A stretch of 60,731 bases of DNA from Candidatus Dojkabacteria bacterium (lineage in GTDB: Bacteria; Patescibacteriota; Dojkabacteria; B142; WJKM01), in NCBI GenBank assembly GCA_014729085.1, contig WJKM01000014.1, positions 1 through 60,731 of the forward strand. Direction: 5' to 3'. The position numbers were made by a program, and so were the translations under genes. This document shows positions 39,491 through 48,397 of the stretch, piece after piece. The notes beneath the pieces were generated by a model. It ran no database searches, was not told where the DNA came from, and worked only from the letters and a program-made list of their open reading frames with translations. How positions within the stretch are numbered: the first letter of the stretch is position 1; every line of letters starts with the position of its first letter.

Positions 39491-40855
39491 ATGAATAGTT
39501 TATCAATTAAATTTCTAGGTGCAGCACAAACAGTTACAGGATCCTGTTTTTTGCTTAAATCTAAAGGAAAACAATATATAATTGATTGTGGAATGTTCCA
39601 AGGACCTGATGTATATAAAAGGAACTATTTGGATTTTGACTTTAAACCTTCAGAGATAGACTCTGTATTCATTACACATTCACACCTAGATCATTGTGGC
39701 CTTCTTCCTAAACTTGTAAAGCAGGGTTACGAAGGCAACATATATTGTACGCAGCCTACAACCCCTTTATTAGTCGAAATACTTACTGATTCAGCAAAAG
39801 TACAGAAGAATAACTACAAATACAGAGGTGTCGTTCCCTTGTACGATTCTTCTGATACTCAAAATACCCTAAATAGAGTTAGGTCTACTAAGTTTAACGA
39901 CGCGATAAACATTCATGATATAAATGTAACATTTCGAAAGGCATCACATATTCTAGGTGCCTCCTCAATAGAGATTAGCACAGGATCAGAAAACGTAATT
40001 TTTTCTGGTGATCTTGGAAGACGTGATCCTAGCATTATCGAAGGTTATGATTCAAATTTTTCGAAGGAACAAAATGTTATAATAATGGAATCATTGTACG
40101 GAAACAAAGAACATGAAAACCGAAAGTATGGGGAGGCCCGCTTGTGCAAAATTATCCAACATACCATCGACCGTAACGGTAATGTTATTATACCCGTGTT
40201 TGCTATTCAAAGACATCAAGAAATTATTTCTCTACTTGTAAAATTAATTAAGCAAGGCAAATTGCCTAATTCTGTTCAAATTTTTTCTGACACTCCTTTA
40301 GGACATAACATATTAGACTCATACACTAATAACTCTTTTTATTTTTCGAAAAAATTCAAACGTAACAAAGACCCTTTCGGTTTTTCAATGAAAAATATCA
40401 ACTTTGTTAATTCAATTTCTCAATCAAGAAGATTAAGAAAAAAGAAAGGAGTTATCATATTAGCTGGAAGTGGGATGCTTGAAGGAGGAAGGATCATTAA
40501 TCATATTAGATCCTTTATGAAAGATCCCAAATCTTCTTTTATTATTGTTGGTTTTCAAGCAGAAGGTACACTAGGTCGTGAAATAATTGATGGAGCAACT
40601 TCTATTACTCTTAACAAAAAACAAATCCCAATCAATGCAAAAATTCATGAAATATACTCATTTTCCGCCCATGCTGATAAAAATGATTTGCTTTGGTGGC
40701 TTAAAAGATATGACACATCTAAGATTTCCTCTATATTTTTAGTCCATTCTAAAAAAGAACAAGCTGATGCTTTTAAAAAACTTGCCACCTCAAAACTACA
40801 AATAAAGAGTAACAAATTTACAATACCTTCTATTGGGCAATTACATGAATTGTAA
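39491..40855 (+). CDS. MBL-fold beta-CASP ribonuclease (YSH1-like)
   Basis: GAAQTVTGS, THSHLDH, SGD, SGMLEGG, FSAHAD. Confidence 0.92.
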   Translation: MNSLSIKFLGAAQTVTGSCFLLKSKGKQYIIDCGMFQGPDVYKRNYLDFDFKPSEIDSVFITHSHLDHCGLLPKLVKQGYEGNIYCTQPTTPLLVEILTDSAKVQKNNYKYRGVVPLYDSSDTQNTLNRVRSTKFNDAINIHDINVTFRKASHILGASSIEISTGSENVIFSGDLGRRDPSIIEGYDSNFSKEQNVIIMESLYGNKEHENRKYGEARLCKIIQHTIDRNGNVIIPVFAIQRHQEIISLLVKLIKQGKLPNSVQIFSDTPLGHNILDSYTNNSFYFSKKFKRNKDPFGFSMKNINFVNSISQSRRLRKKKGVIILAGSGMLEGGRIINHIRSFMKDPKSSFIIVGFQAEGTLGREIIDGATSITLNKKQIPINAKIHEIYSFSAHADKNDLLWWLKRYDTSKISSIFLVHSKKEQADAFKKLATSKLQIKSNKFTIPSIGQLHEL

Positions 40856-41061
40856 TTTGTTTAGAATGATTTTTCCATAACATATACACTAATTTTCTTC
40901 TTTCTTTAATTAGCCCTTCTTTTTTCTGTCTGCAACATTATCTTTATTCTTTTTTAGAGAATAGAAACCAGTCATTTTTCATAAACCTACTCACCTAACC
41001 CACCTTTTACGAATAATATATCCAGATATTACATCCTTTCCCCCATATATTAAAAAACAAT

Positions 41062-41682
41062 CTACGAAATTTGTTTTCTATCCTCCAGGGCATTCTCTAG
41101 TGTTTTAGAATCTGCATATCCAAGATCTGCTCCCGTAGGTAATCCACGTGCTAGTGACGTAAATGTGACGTTCTTTATGTTCCCCAGCCTTTCTTTAATG
41201 TACGTCAAAGTCGCTTCACCAGCTAAATCTGGCGTTGTAGCAAAAATAATTTCAATATTTTGGTATTTCTCTTTCATTAATTCCTTTATTCTTTTCTCCA
41301 ATTCATCTATTGTCAGGTCTTCAGGACCTATTCCCTCTACAGGTGATAATTTACCACCTAATACATGATACATCCCTTTATATATCCCTATTTCTTCGAA
41401 GGCCGCGGTATCTAATGGATCCTCGACAACTAAAATTTCATTCTTTTCTCTCTCCGGATTCTTACATACACTACACATTTCTTCATCTGAAAAATTACAG
41501 CACACTTCACAGGTTTTAATTTCATTCTTTATTTTTAAAAAAATATTTGCAATCTTGTCCAAATCATCTTTCGGAGTTTTTAAAAAATAATAAGTCAGCT
41601 TTGCTGCCGACTTATTTCCAATACCCGGTAATTTTTTTAATTCGGTTATTAGCTCTATTACAACCTTAGGGAAAATATTCAT
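41062..41682 (-). CDS. recR: Recombination protein RecR
   Basis: LPGIG HhH, C4 zinc finger, YHVLGG.LSP..GIGP. Confidence 0.96.
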   Translation of the reverse strand: MNIFPKVVIELITELKKLPGIGNKSAAKLTYYFLKTPKDDLDKIANIFLKIKNEIKTCEVCCNFSDEEMCSVCKNPEREKNEILVVEDPLDTAAFEEIGIYKGMYHVLGGKLSPVEGIGPEDLTIDELEKRIKELMKEKYQNIEIIFATTPDLAGEATLTYIKERLGNIKNVTFTSLARGLPTGADLGYADSKTLENALEDRKQIS

Positions 41683-41737
41683 ATATTTACCATGAAAAAA
41701 ATGTATTAATTTCTAAAATTAATTTTCCAATTCTTAC

Positions 41738-42040
41738 TTATCCTAACATTCCTTTTAGCTGATCTATGTCCATATCTTTACTCATATCTTTTTGTAATTT
41801 TTTCTGGGCATCTTTAAAAGCTTTCTTTAAACCCTTAATCAAGTATTCTTTTTTCGCGGGATCCAATAATTCATCCTCTATCCCAATTTCCAGAATCTCT
41901 TGAGTCCCATCTATTACTACTTCCACATCTTCATTTTTTGAAAAACCTGAAACACTCATTTTCTTCATTTTCTTTTTCATTTTTCGTGCCTCTTTTTGTA
42001 ATTTATAAAGATCACCCATCTGTCCAAATATATTTGCCAT
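41738..42040 (-). CDS. YbaB/EbfC nucleoid-associated protein
   Basis: Size, V.V.IDG motif and position between dnaX and recR. Confidence 0.85.
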   Translation of the reverse strand: MANIFGQMGDLYKLQKEARKMKKKMKKMSVSGFSKNEDVEVVIDGTQEILEIGIEDELLDPAKKEYLIKGLKKAFKDAQKKLQKDMSKDMDIDQLKGMLG

Positions 42041-42086
42041 TTTATTTTTTAAATTTAAAATTTAAACTAAATAATTTATTTTTTTC

Positions 42087-43613
42087 TTATACTTCAAAAA
42101 TCTTTTCAACAATTTCCTTATTATTGGATAATGATTCCGAATCCTGATTAAGATTATCTTCCAAACCTATACATAATGTACTATCCACCCTTACTATGTA
42201 CTTCATTTTAAATCCCCAAACCTTATCCATAGCCTTACGAATAATTGTTTTACTCCTTGATTCTTCTAATTTTTTTCTATGAAACTCGAAGGGGACATGA
42301 ATTAAGAGGCCTTCATTAGTTACCTTCATTGGTTTAGATTTTGTCAAGAATGCAGTTAAATGATGATTGTACTGTTTCAATTCAGATAATAATTTGCTCC
42401 ATTTTTCTTTAACTTGGTTTAAGTTTAATCGCATATTTGAATTTTCCACCTCTTCTAGCAAATCACCCTCCTCTCTGCTACTATTTGCAGATTTTTCTTC
42501 CTGTAAAGACTTACGGGGCTTGTCTCTAACCTTCTCTTTTAAGTCTTCTTTGTTTTTCTGAGGCCGACCTAGCTCCTCTACTTTCTTCTCGTTCTCATCT
42601 TCACTATTTATTTTTGTATTTCCCTGGTCCTTATGCATCAAATTTAACAGAGCTAATTCAAAGGGTAATTCGGGAATAATAGCTGTCTTAATGTTATTGT
42701 CAGCCTCTGATAATTCACGTATTATCCTAGATAATTGTTTAATACTCCAATCATCTCTTCTTTTCTCAACTATGTCAAAAAGTATATTTCGTATCTGCTC
42801 AAGGATTTGATATGAAAATAAAGTTAAAGGAATTCCTTTGATACTCACCTTATGCAATACATCCAATGATTTTGACAAATCTGACTCTTTTAGGGCCTTA
42901 ATAAAACACTCAACAAGTTCGAAATCTGCAAATCCCAAAATTGCCTCTACATCTTCTCTTTTAATACTTTTCTTCGATACCCCCTTTACAACTTTATCCA
43001 AAATACTTTCAGCATCTCTGTAACTACCTTTACCTTGTCTAATAACTATTTTCAACGCATCTTCTTCAAATGAAATTCCCTCTTGGTTCAAAATGAATAG
43101 AAGTTTCTTTTCTATTTCATTATTAGTTGCCAAACGAAAATCAAATCGCATAACTCTTGACAATATAGTCATCGGAACCTTATGTGGTTCAGTGGTTGCT
43201 AGAATAAAAATCACATGTTCTGGAGGTTCTTCCAAAGTTTTGAGCAAGGCATTAAAAGCTTCTTTTGTTAACATGTGTACTTCATCAATTATGTACACTT
43301 TATACTTAACCCCTACTGGAACAAAATTAACTCTTTCTCGTAATTCCCTAATCTCATCTATTCCACGATTGGATGCTGCATCGATTTCAATTATATTCAT
43401 ATTTGATTCCACATCTCCTTTAAGACCATTAGCTTCCTTAGCAAACAATCTTGCTACAGTTGTCTTTCCTGTCCCCCTAGGACCTGCAAATAAGTATGCA
43501 TGCGATACATCCTCCCTTTTTAATTGCTCAGTGAGTACTGACTTAATATTCTGAAGTCCAAATAAATCTTCAAAACTACTAGGTCTATATTTTCTATAAA
43601 ATACTTGAGACAT
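42087..43613 (-). CDS. dnaX: DNA polymerase III subunit gamma/tau
   Basis: YRKYRP, GPRGTGKTT, EIDAASN, IIDEVHML, NALLKTLEEPP. Confidence 0.95.
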   Translation of the reverse strand: MSQVFYRKYRPSSFEDLFGLQNIKSVLTEQLKREDVSHAYLFAGPRGTGKTTVARLFAKEANGLKGDVESNMNIIEIDAASNRGIDEIRELRERVNFVPVGVKYKVYIIDEVHMLTKEAFNALLKTLEEPPEHVIFILATTEPHKVPMTILSRVMRFDFRLATNNEIEKKLLFILNQEGISFEEDALKIVIRQGKGSYRDAESILDKVVKGVSKKSIKREDVEAILGFADFELVECFIKALKESDLSKSLDVLHKVSIKGIPLTLFSYQILEQIRNILFDIVEKRRDDWSIKQLSRIIRELSEADNNIKTAIIPELPFELALLNLMHKDQGNTKINSEDENEKKVEELGRPQKNKEDLKEKVRDKPRKSLQEEKSANSSREEGDLLEEVENSNMRLNLNQVKEKWSKLLSELKQYNHHLTAFLTKSKPMKVTNEGLLIHVPFEFHRKKLEESRSKTIIRKAMDKVWGFKMKYIVRVDSTLCIGLEDNLNQDSESLSNNKEIVEKIFEV

Positions 43614-43758
43614 CTAATTAAATAATCTGATTCTGAGTAAAATTTAAAGATCCATATCAATCAAGGTTTTATATATAATTCAATACATACTCAAAAGTTA
43701 CCATGGATACTATATTATATTATCATGAAAAATTGGATTTGAAACTGAAAAAAACAAG

Positions 43759-43786
43759 AAACCCTTGAGAGTTTTCTCAAGGGTTT
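43759..43786 (-). terminator. Intrinsic terminator after rpsU
   Basis: AAACCCTTGAGA-GTTT-TCTCAAGGGTTT. Confidence 0.8.
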
Positions 43787-43805
43787 TGTTTAATTCACAT
43801 TTATA

Positions 43806-44033
43806 TTAGAAAGTTCTTCTTAATATTCCTTTTCGTCTAATTTTTCTTCTATGTGCCCTTCTCTTTTTTTTAGTTTTTTTCCATAGCTTTTTTTTATTGT
43901 GTTTTTTCTCAGCTTCTTTAATGTAATATTGTGTTTTTCGTATTACATTAGGAATATCTTCTCTAATTGCTTCCCTCCATAGAAGCTTTAACGCCTGATC
44001 TATAGGCATTCCATCTGGTACTACTACTGACAT
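43806..44033 (-). CDS. rpsU: 30S ribosomal protein bS21
   Basis: 75-aa basic protein, V.V..G..IDQALK...R...YY.K pattern. Confidence 0.8.
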   Translation of the reverse strand: MSVVVPDGMPIDQALKLLWREAIREDIPNVIRKTQYYIKEAEKKHNKKKLWKKTKKKRRAHRRKIRRKGILRRTF

Positions 44034-44037
44034 TATT

Positions 44038-44049
44038 TCACCTCCTTTA
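44038..44049 (-). promoter_or_regulatory. Extended Shine-Dalgarno of rpsU
   Basis: Minus strand TAAAGGAGGTGA-AATA-ATG. Confidence 0.85.
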
Positions 44050-44127
44050 AAGAATTGTAACTTAAATGAAAAGAATTATACTATAAAAATCGAATTTTAA
44101 CTACCTTAAATGTATTTTCCCAGCTCT

Positions 44128-45699
44128 TCAACTAAAAAAAACTGTCCATATATCTTTTAATGTAACTAATAAAGATAAACCAATAATAAATACCAACCCA
44201 ATAATATTATAAATTTGTTGAGATCTTTCTGATAAAGGCCTGCCCCTTATTTTTTCAAAAATTAACAATACTACATGTCCTCCATCAACCACTGGTAAAG
44301 GTAATAGATTCATAAATGCTAGAGTCAAACTGATCAATCCTGTTAAATTGATAATATCAATGAAATTATCACCTTTTACTAAAGTGTTAACTTCAGCTCC
44401 TACTCTAATAGGACCAGATACCGTCTCAACAAGTAAACCCGGATCTTTAGTCTCAATGGCGGTCTGGATAAACTCAGATAGGACTCTCACCTGAAACCCG
44501 ATCATATTGACAGAGTGATAAACAGATCCTAATATACTATCCTTATAATTGAGATAATAACTCTCAAAGACATCAAAAGGAACATAATTAACATGTCTTG
44601 TTCCTAATATGGGTTCATCATTTGATTCAGGATCGTTCAATTCTACATCAGTCATATTCAATATTCCTTTATCCTGTCTATATATCTTTATATCAACACT
44701 CTTCCCTTTGAAGTTCTCTAAAACGGACTTTAGATTATCATAATATACTTCTTGGTCATTTACAGACAAAATAATATCTTCTTTTTCTAGACCCCCAATG
44801 CTTGCTGGTTCCTCCTCGAGAACTTCAGTTAAATATGGCCTATCTAGAAGAAAATAATCGGAAAATAGTAAATCTATTGTTTCATTATCAAGGACGATGC
44901 TTTCTTCTTTAAATCTGCCTTCTCTAATCTTAAAAAAAGTTATATGTACCTCTTCGTCTATATTCTGATCAATAATATCTTTCAATTCTTGTAGCTCTGT
45001 TACAAAATGATTATTTATTTTTAATATCAAGGTTTCCTGAAACTTTTCCTTTGGGTTGCTGGCAGGAACATATGTGGTAAGAACAGATCGATAATCTGCG
45101 CCTAAAAAATTATAATCCGCCCATTTGGGTATAACTACTTGCCCACTTACTAAAGAAAGATATATAAAGTATACGAAAATCCCAAGTAAAAAATTCATTA
45201 ATGGTCCCCCACATACAATTATTAAACGACGCCATACAGGCTGATTTGAATATCTTCTTACATCCTCAAGCCTTTCTTTTTTACTCATTTCAATAATCCA
45301 CATCCAATCCTTTTCTTCTTGGGGTATATCCTTAAGTCCTGTAATTTTTTCTTTTAACTTCTCATCATCTTTGATATTTCCAAGTTTGTGTTTTTTAATT
45401 AGCTTGTGAATTTTTTCTTTAAATTTTTTCTCTAATCCCTCAAATTCTTCTAATAAATCTTTATTCTTTAAAATACTTTGCTCCCCAAACAACTTTACAT
45501 ATCCTCCCATAGGAATTAGACTAATTTTATATTTAGTCTCTCCGATTTGTTTTGAAAATAAAGTGGGACCAAAACCAAACGAAAACTCTTGAACCCAAAC
45601 GCCTTGCAATTTGGCTGCAAGAAAATGTCCCAATTCGTGTAGCCCTACTAGTATTCCAAAAATCAAAGTCAAAATAACTATTGTTAAAATCACACTCAT
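44128..45699 (-). CDS. rseP: Site-2 (M50) RIP metalloprotease with PDZ domain
   Basis: HELGH, GFGP, GGYVK, GP..N, NLLPLPVVDGGH. Confidence 0.92.
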   Translation of the reverse strand: MSVILTIVILTLIFGILVGLHELGHFLAAKLQGVWVQEFSFGFGPTLFSKQIGETKYKISLIPMGGYVKLFGEQSILKNKDLLEEFEGLEKKFKEKIHKLIKKHKLGNIKDDEKLKEKITGLKDIPQEEKDWMWIIEMSKKERLEDVRRYSNQPVWRRLIIVCGGPLMNFLLGIFVYFIYLSLVSGQVVIPKWADYNFLGADYRSVLTTYVPASNPKEKFQETLILKINNHFVTELQELKDIIDQNIDEEVHITFFKIREGRFKEESIVLDNETIDLLFSDYFLLDRPYLTEVLEEEPASIGGLEKEDIILSVNDQEVYYDNLKSVLENFKGKSVDIKIYRQDKGILNMTDVELNDPESNDEPILGTRHVNYVPFDVFESYYLNYKDSILGSVYHSVNMIGFQVRVLSEFIQTAIETKDPGLLVETVSGPIRVGAEVNTLVKGDNFIDIINLTGLISLTLAFMNLLPLPVVDGGHVVLLIFEKIRGRPLSERSQQIYNIIGLVFIIGLSLLVTLKDIWTVFFS

Positions 45700-45754
45700 A
45701 ATGATAAATAATAAAATTTATTAAATTTGAAAATATAACTTAAAAGAGGAAGTA

Positions 45755-46312
45755 TTATACTGTCATTAACTCCTTTTCTTTTTTTTCAGCCATTTCATCT
45801 ATTAAGTCGTTGGCCTCGTCAACTTGCTTTTGCAATTCTTTTTGCAAACGTGCATATTCATCTTCAGATATTTCTCCTTCATCTTTTTCATTGTTAATAC
45901 CGACCAACACATCTTTCCTTAAATTCCGGATAACTATCTTAGCTTGCTCGACTTCTTCTTTCATCATCTTTACATATTCTTCTCTTCTCTCTTCCGTCAA
46001 TTGAGGTAAAGGTAACCTTACCATATCACTGTGCGGAACAGGATTAATCCCAATATTTGCCTCTTGAACAGCCTGCACAATAGAATCCAGCAGGGATTTA
46101 TCCCAAGGTTGAATTGTAATCTGCTGTGGGTCAGGAATATTTATAGTAGCTACATTTTTCATAGGTTGTTGTTCACCATACGCTTCAACTTTGATATCCT
46201 CAACCATAGATGGGTGAGCACGTCCGCTCCTAATTTTCAACAAATTATCTTTTAAAACTTTTATTGCTGTAGCTGCTTTTTCTTTGAAATCAGAAAGTTT
46301 TGTTCTTGACAT
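45755..46312 (-). CDS. frr: Ribosome recycling factor
   Basis: IRSGRA, IQPWD, LTEERR, IRNLR. Confidence 0.96.
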   Translation of the reverse strand: MSRTKLSDFKEKAATAIKVLKDNLLKIRSGRAHPSMVEDIKVEAYGEQQPMKNVATINIPDPQQITIQPWDKSLLDSIVQAVQEANIGINPVPHSDMVRLPLPQLTEERREEYVKMMKEEVEQAKIVIRNLRKDVLVGINNEKDEGEISEDEYARLQKELQKQVDEANDLIDEMAEKKEKELMTV

Positions 46313-46402
46313 GGGGTAAAAATAATAATTAATAACAATAATTATCTTATTGTATCAAAAACTTTAAAAATTTACCTGCAAAATTCCAATACTTTAACAA
46401 AA

Positions 46403-46429
46403 AAGCAGATATTGTAATAATATCTGCTT
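46403..46429 (-). terminator. Intrinsic terminator after tsf
   Basis: AAGCAGATATT-N5-AATATCTGCTT with an A tract on the left. Confidence 0.75.
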
Positions 46430-46452
46430 CCTATAATGTATCCATTATTTAG

Positions 46453-47064
46453 CTAGAAACCACACTTTGATGCTGGAGCTGCTATTTTAATTCTTGCAAT
46501 TCTTCCAATCATAATTTTTTCACCTACAGCGGCTACTACTTCATTAATCATATCTTTTACCTTTTTATCTTCGTCTTTTAGGTAAGTTTGCTCCTCAAGT
46601 ACAACCTCTTCATAAAACTTTTTCAGCTTCCCTTCCACAATTTTTTCAATTACATCTTCTGGTTTACCTTTTAATTCTTTTTTAAAGACCTCTTTTTCTT
46701 TTTCAACAACCTCCTCTGGAACATCTTCAATTCGTACATATTGAGGATCATTTGCTGCAACATGCAGAGCTAAATCATGAGCAAATTCTTTTATATGATC
46801 ACTTTTAGCTGCAAAGTCGGTTTCAGTATTTACCTCTACCAAAACTCCCATAGATCCGTTTCCATGTATATAACTAGCTATATGTCCTTGATTTGCAGTT
46901 TTTCCTGCTCTTTTAGCCGCCTTTGCTATACCCTTTTTACGTAAATATAATATTGCCTTATCCATATCTCCATCCGACTCTTCTAAAGCCTCCTTAACAT
47001 GTTTAATTCCAACACCGGTTCGTGATCTTAATTCTTTAATTTGATCTAGACTAATATCGCTCAT
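46453..47064 (-). CDS. tsf: Elongation factor Ts (short form)
   Basis: IKELRSRTG, LVEVNTETDF. Confidence 0.96.
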   Translation of the reverse strand: MSDISLDQIKELRSRTGVGIKHVKEALEESDGDMDKAILYLRKKGIAKAAKRAGKTANQGHIASYIHGNGSMGVLVEVNTETDFAAKSDHIKEFAHDLALHVAANDPQYVRIEDVPEEVVEKEKEVFKKELKGKPEDVIEKIVEGKLKKFYEEVVLEEQTYLKDEDKKVKDMINEVVAAVGEKIMIGRIARIKIAAPASKCGF

Positions 47065-47091
47065 TATTTTTATACTAATATATAAAATTTA

Positions 47092-48285
47092 TTATTCTAA
47101 TACTTCTTCGGCCGATTTTTCCCCAATTCCCTTAATTTCCATCAATTCTTCTTTTGTCATCTTCCGAGCTTTTTCTACACTAATATCTGCATCGTCCAAT
47201 GCATTCTGAACTCTTGAAGAAAGCTTCTTTTCCCCCTTTGTTTTTTTGGAAGTTTTGGTCTTTTCCGCTTTTTTCTTAGCCTCTTTCTCCTGTTTTTTTC
47301 TTTGCTTTTCAGTTTTTTCTTTTTTAGAAGTTTCCTTCTTGCTTGACTTTTCTTTCTTCTTATCAAGCATTTTTTCTTTCTTATCTATTTTATTTGTTTT
47401 GTTACCCTTTTTGATTCTGAATTTACCGACTGTCTTCTTTTCTTGCTCAACTGATTCTTCGTCCTCTTTTTTATCTTCATTTTGCTTCACAATTTTTACT
47501 TCCGTTTCAGAATAATCTTTGAATGTATGTTTCACTCCTTCTCCTCCATTGCCTACCAATACAGCATCTGCAAATAATTTCATAAATAGTCCAACAGACC
47601 CAAGGGCATCATCATTTCCAGGTACAACATAATCAATAACTTCGGGATTGCAATTAGTATCAGTTACTGCAATAATCGGAATATCCAGCCTATTGGCTTC
47701 GACTACCGCCCCTATTTCATACCTTGGATCTATAACAACCAAGGCTGTAGGAAGTCTTTTCATTCCTTTTATTCCACCATATAATCTATCTAATCTACCC
47801 CATTCTATCTTAAGTTTTGAAATTTCATATTTAGTTCTTCCTTCAATACCTTTATCAAATCTTTCTTCTAGTTTATCTAACTTTTTTAAACTCTTCTTAA
47901 TAACTTTGAAATTAGTAAGTAATCCCCCTGCCCATCTATGAATTACATAATATGCGCCCGCCCTTACGGCTTCCTCTTTTACAATTTCTGCGGCTTGTCT
48001 TTTAGTTCCAACAAACATAACTGGACCTTGCCTAGCCGCTTCTGTTAGAAATCTTAAAGCTTTCTTTAGAAGTACAACTGTCTGAGATAAATCAATTATA
48101 TGGATATCCTTTTTAGAAGCAAAAATAAATTTCTCCATTTTTGGATCCCATCTTTTTGTCTCATGACCAAATTGCGCCCCTGCTTTTAAAAAGGTTTGGA
48201 GCTCTGGAATCTCGACTGGATATCCCTTTTTTGACTTTTTGGGAGATGTACCCGAAGATTTATTAGTATCTTTTTTATTACTCAT
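47092..48285 (-). CDS. rpsB: 30S ribosomal protein uS2 with K/E linker and C-terminal HhH domain
   Basis: AGAQFGH, FVGTKRQA, RWAGGLLTNF, DTNCNP, PGNDD. Confidence 0.96.
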   Translation of the reverse strand: MSNKKDTNKSSGTSPKKSKKGYPVEIPELQTFLKAGAQFGHETKRWDPKMEKFIFASKKDIHIIDLSQTVVLLKKALRFLTEAARQGPVMFVGTKRQAAEIVKEEAVRAGAYYVIHRWAGGLLTNFKVIKKSLKKLDKLEERFDKGIEGRTKYEISKLKIEWGRLDRLYGGIKGMKRLPTALVVIDPRYEIGAVVEANRLDIPIIAVTDTNCNPEVIDYVVPGNDDALGSVGLFMKLFADAVLVGNGGEGVKHTFKDYSETEVKIVKQNEDKKEDEESVEQEKKTVGKFRIKKGNKTNKIDKKEKMLDKKKEKSSKKETSKKEKTEKQRKKQEKEAKKKAEKTKTSKKTKGEKKLSSRVQNALDDADISVEKARKMTKEELMEIKGIGEKSAEEVLE

Positions 48286-48310
48286 GTTTGACCTTTAATA
48301 AATAAACTTC

Positions 48311-48358
48311 CCATTATCCATCCCTTCAATACTTTCAGGGACAAGGCTTTGACAATGG
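48311..48358 (-). promoter_or_regulatory. Structured rpsB 5' leader (candidate S2 autoregulatory element)
   Basis: Minus strand nested stems CCATTGTC/GATAATGG and TCCCT/AGGGA. Confidence 0.45.
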
Positions 48359-48397
48359 TGTTGGATTTTGCTCACTATTATATCAAAGTAAATATAT

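Noticed and set aside
42087-42700. Programmed dnaX frameshift site
   Set aside because: No clear A AAA AAG plus hairpin or long A run recognised at the expected position
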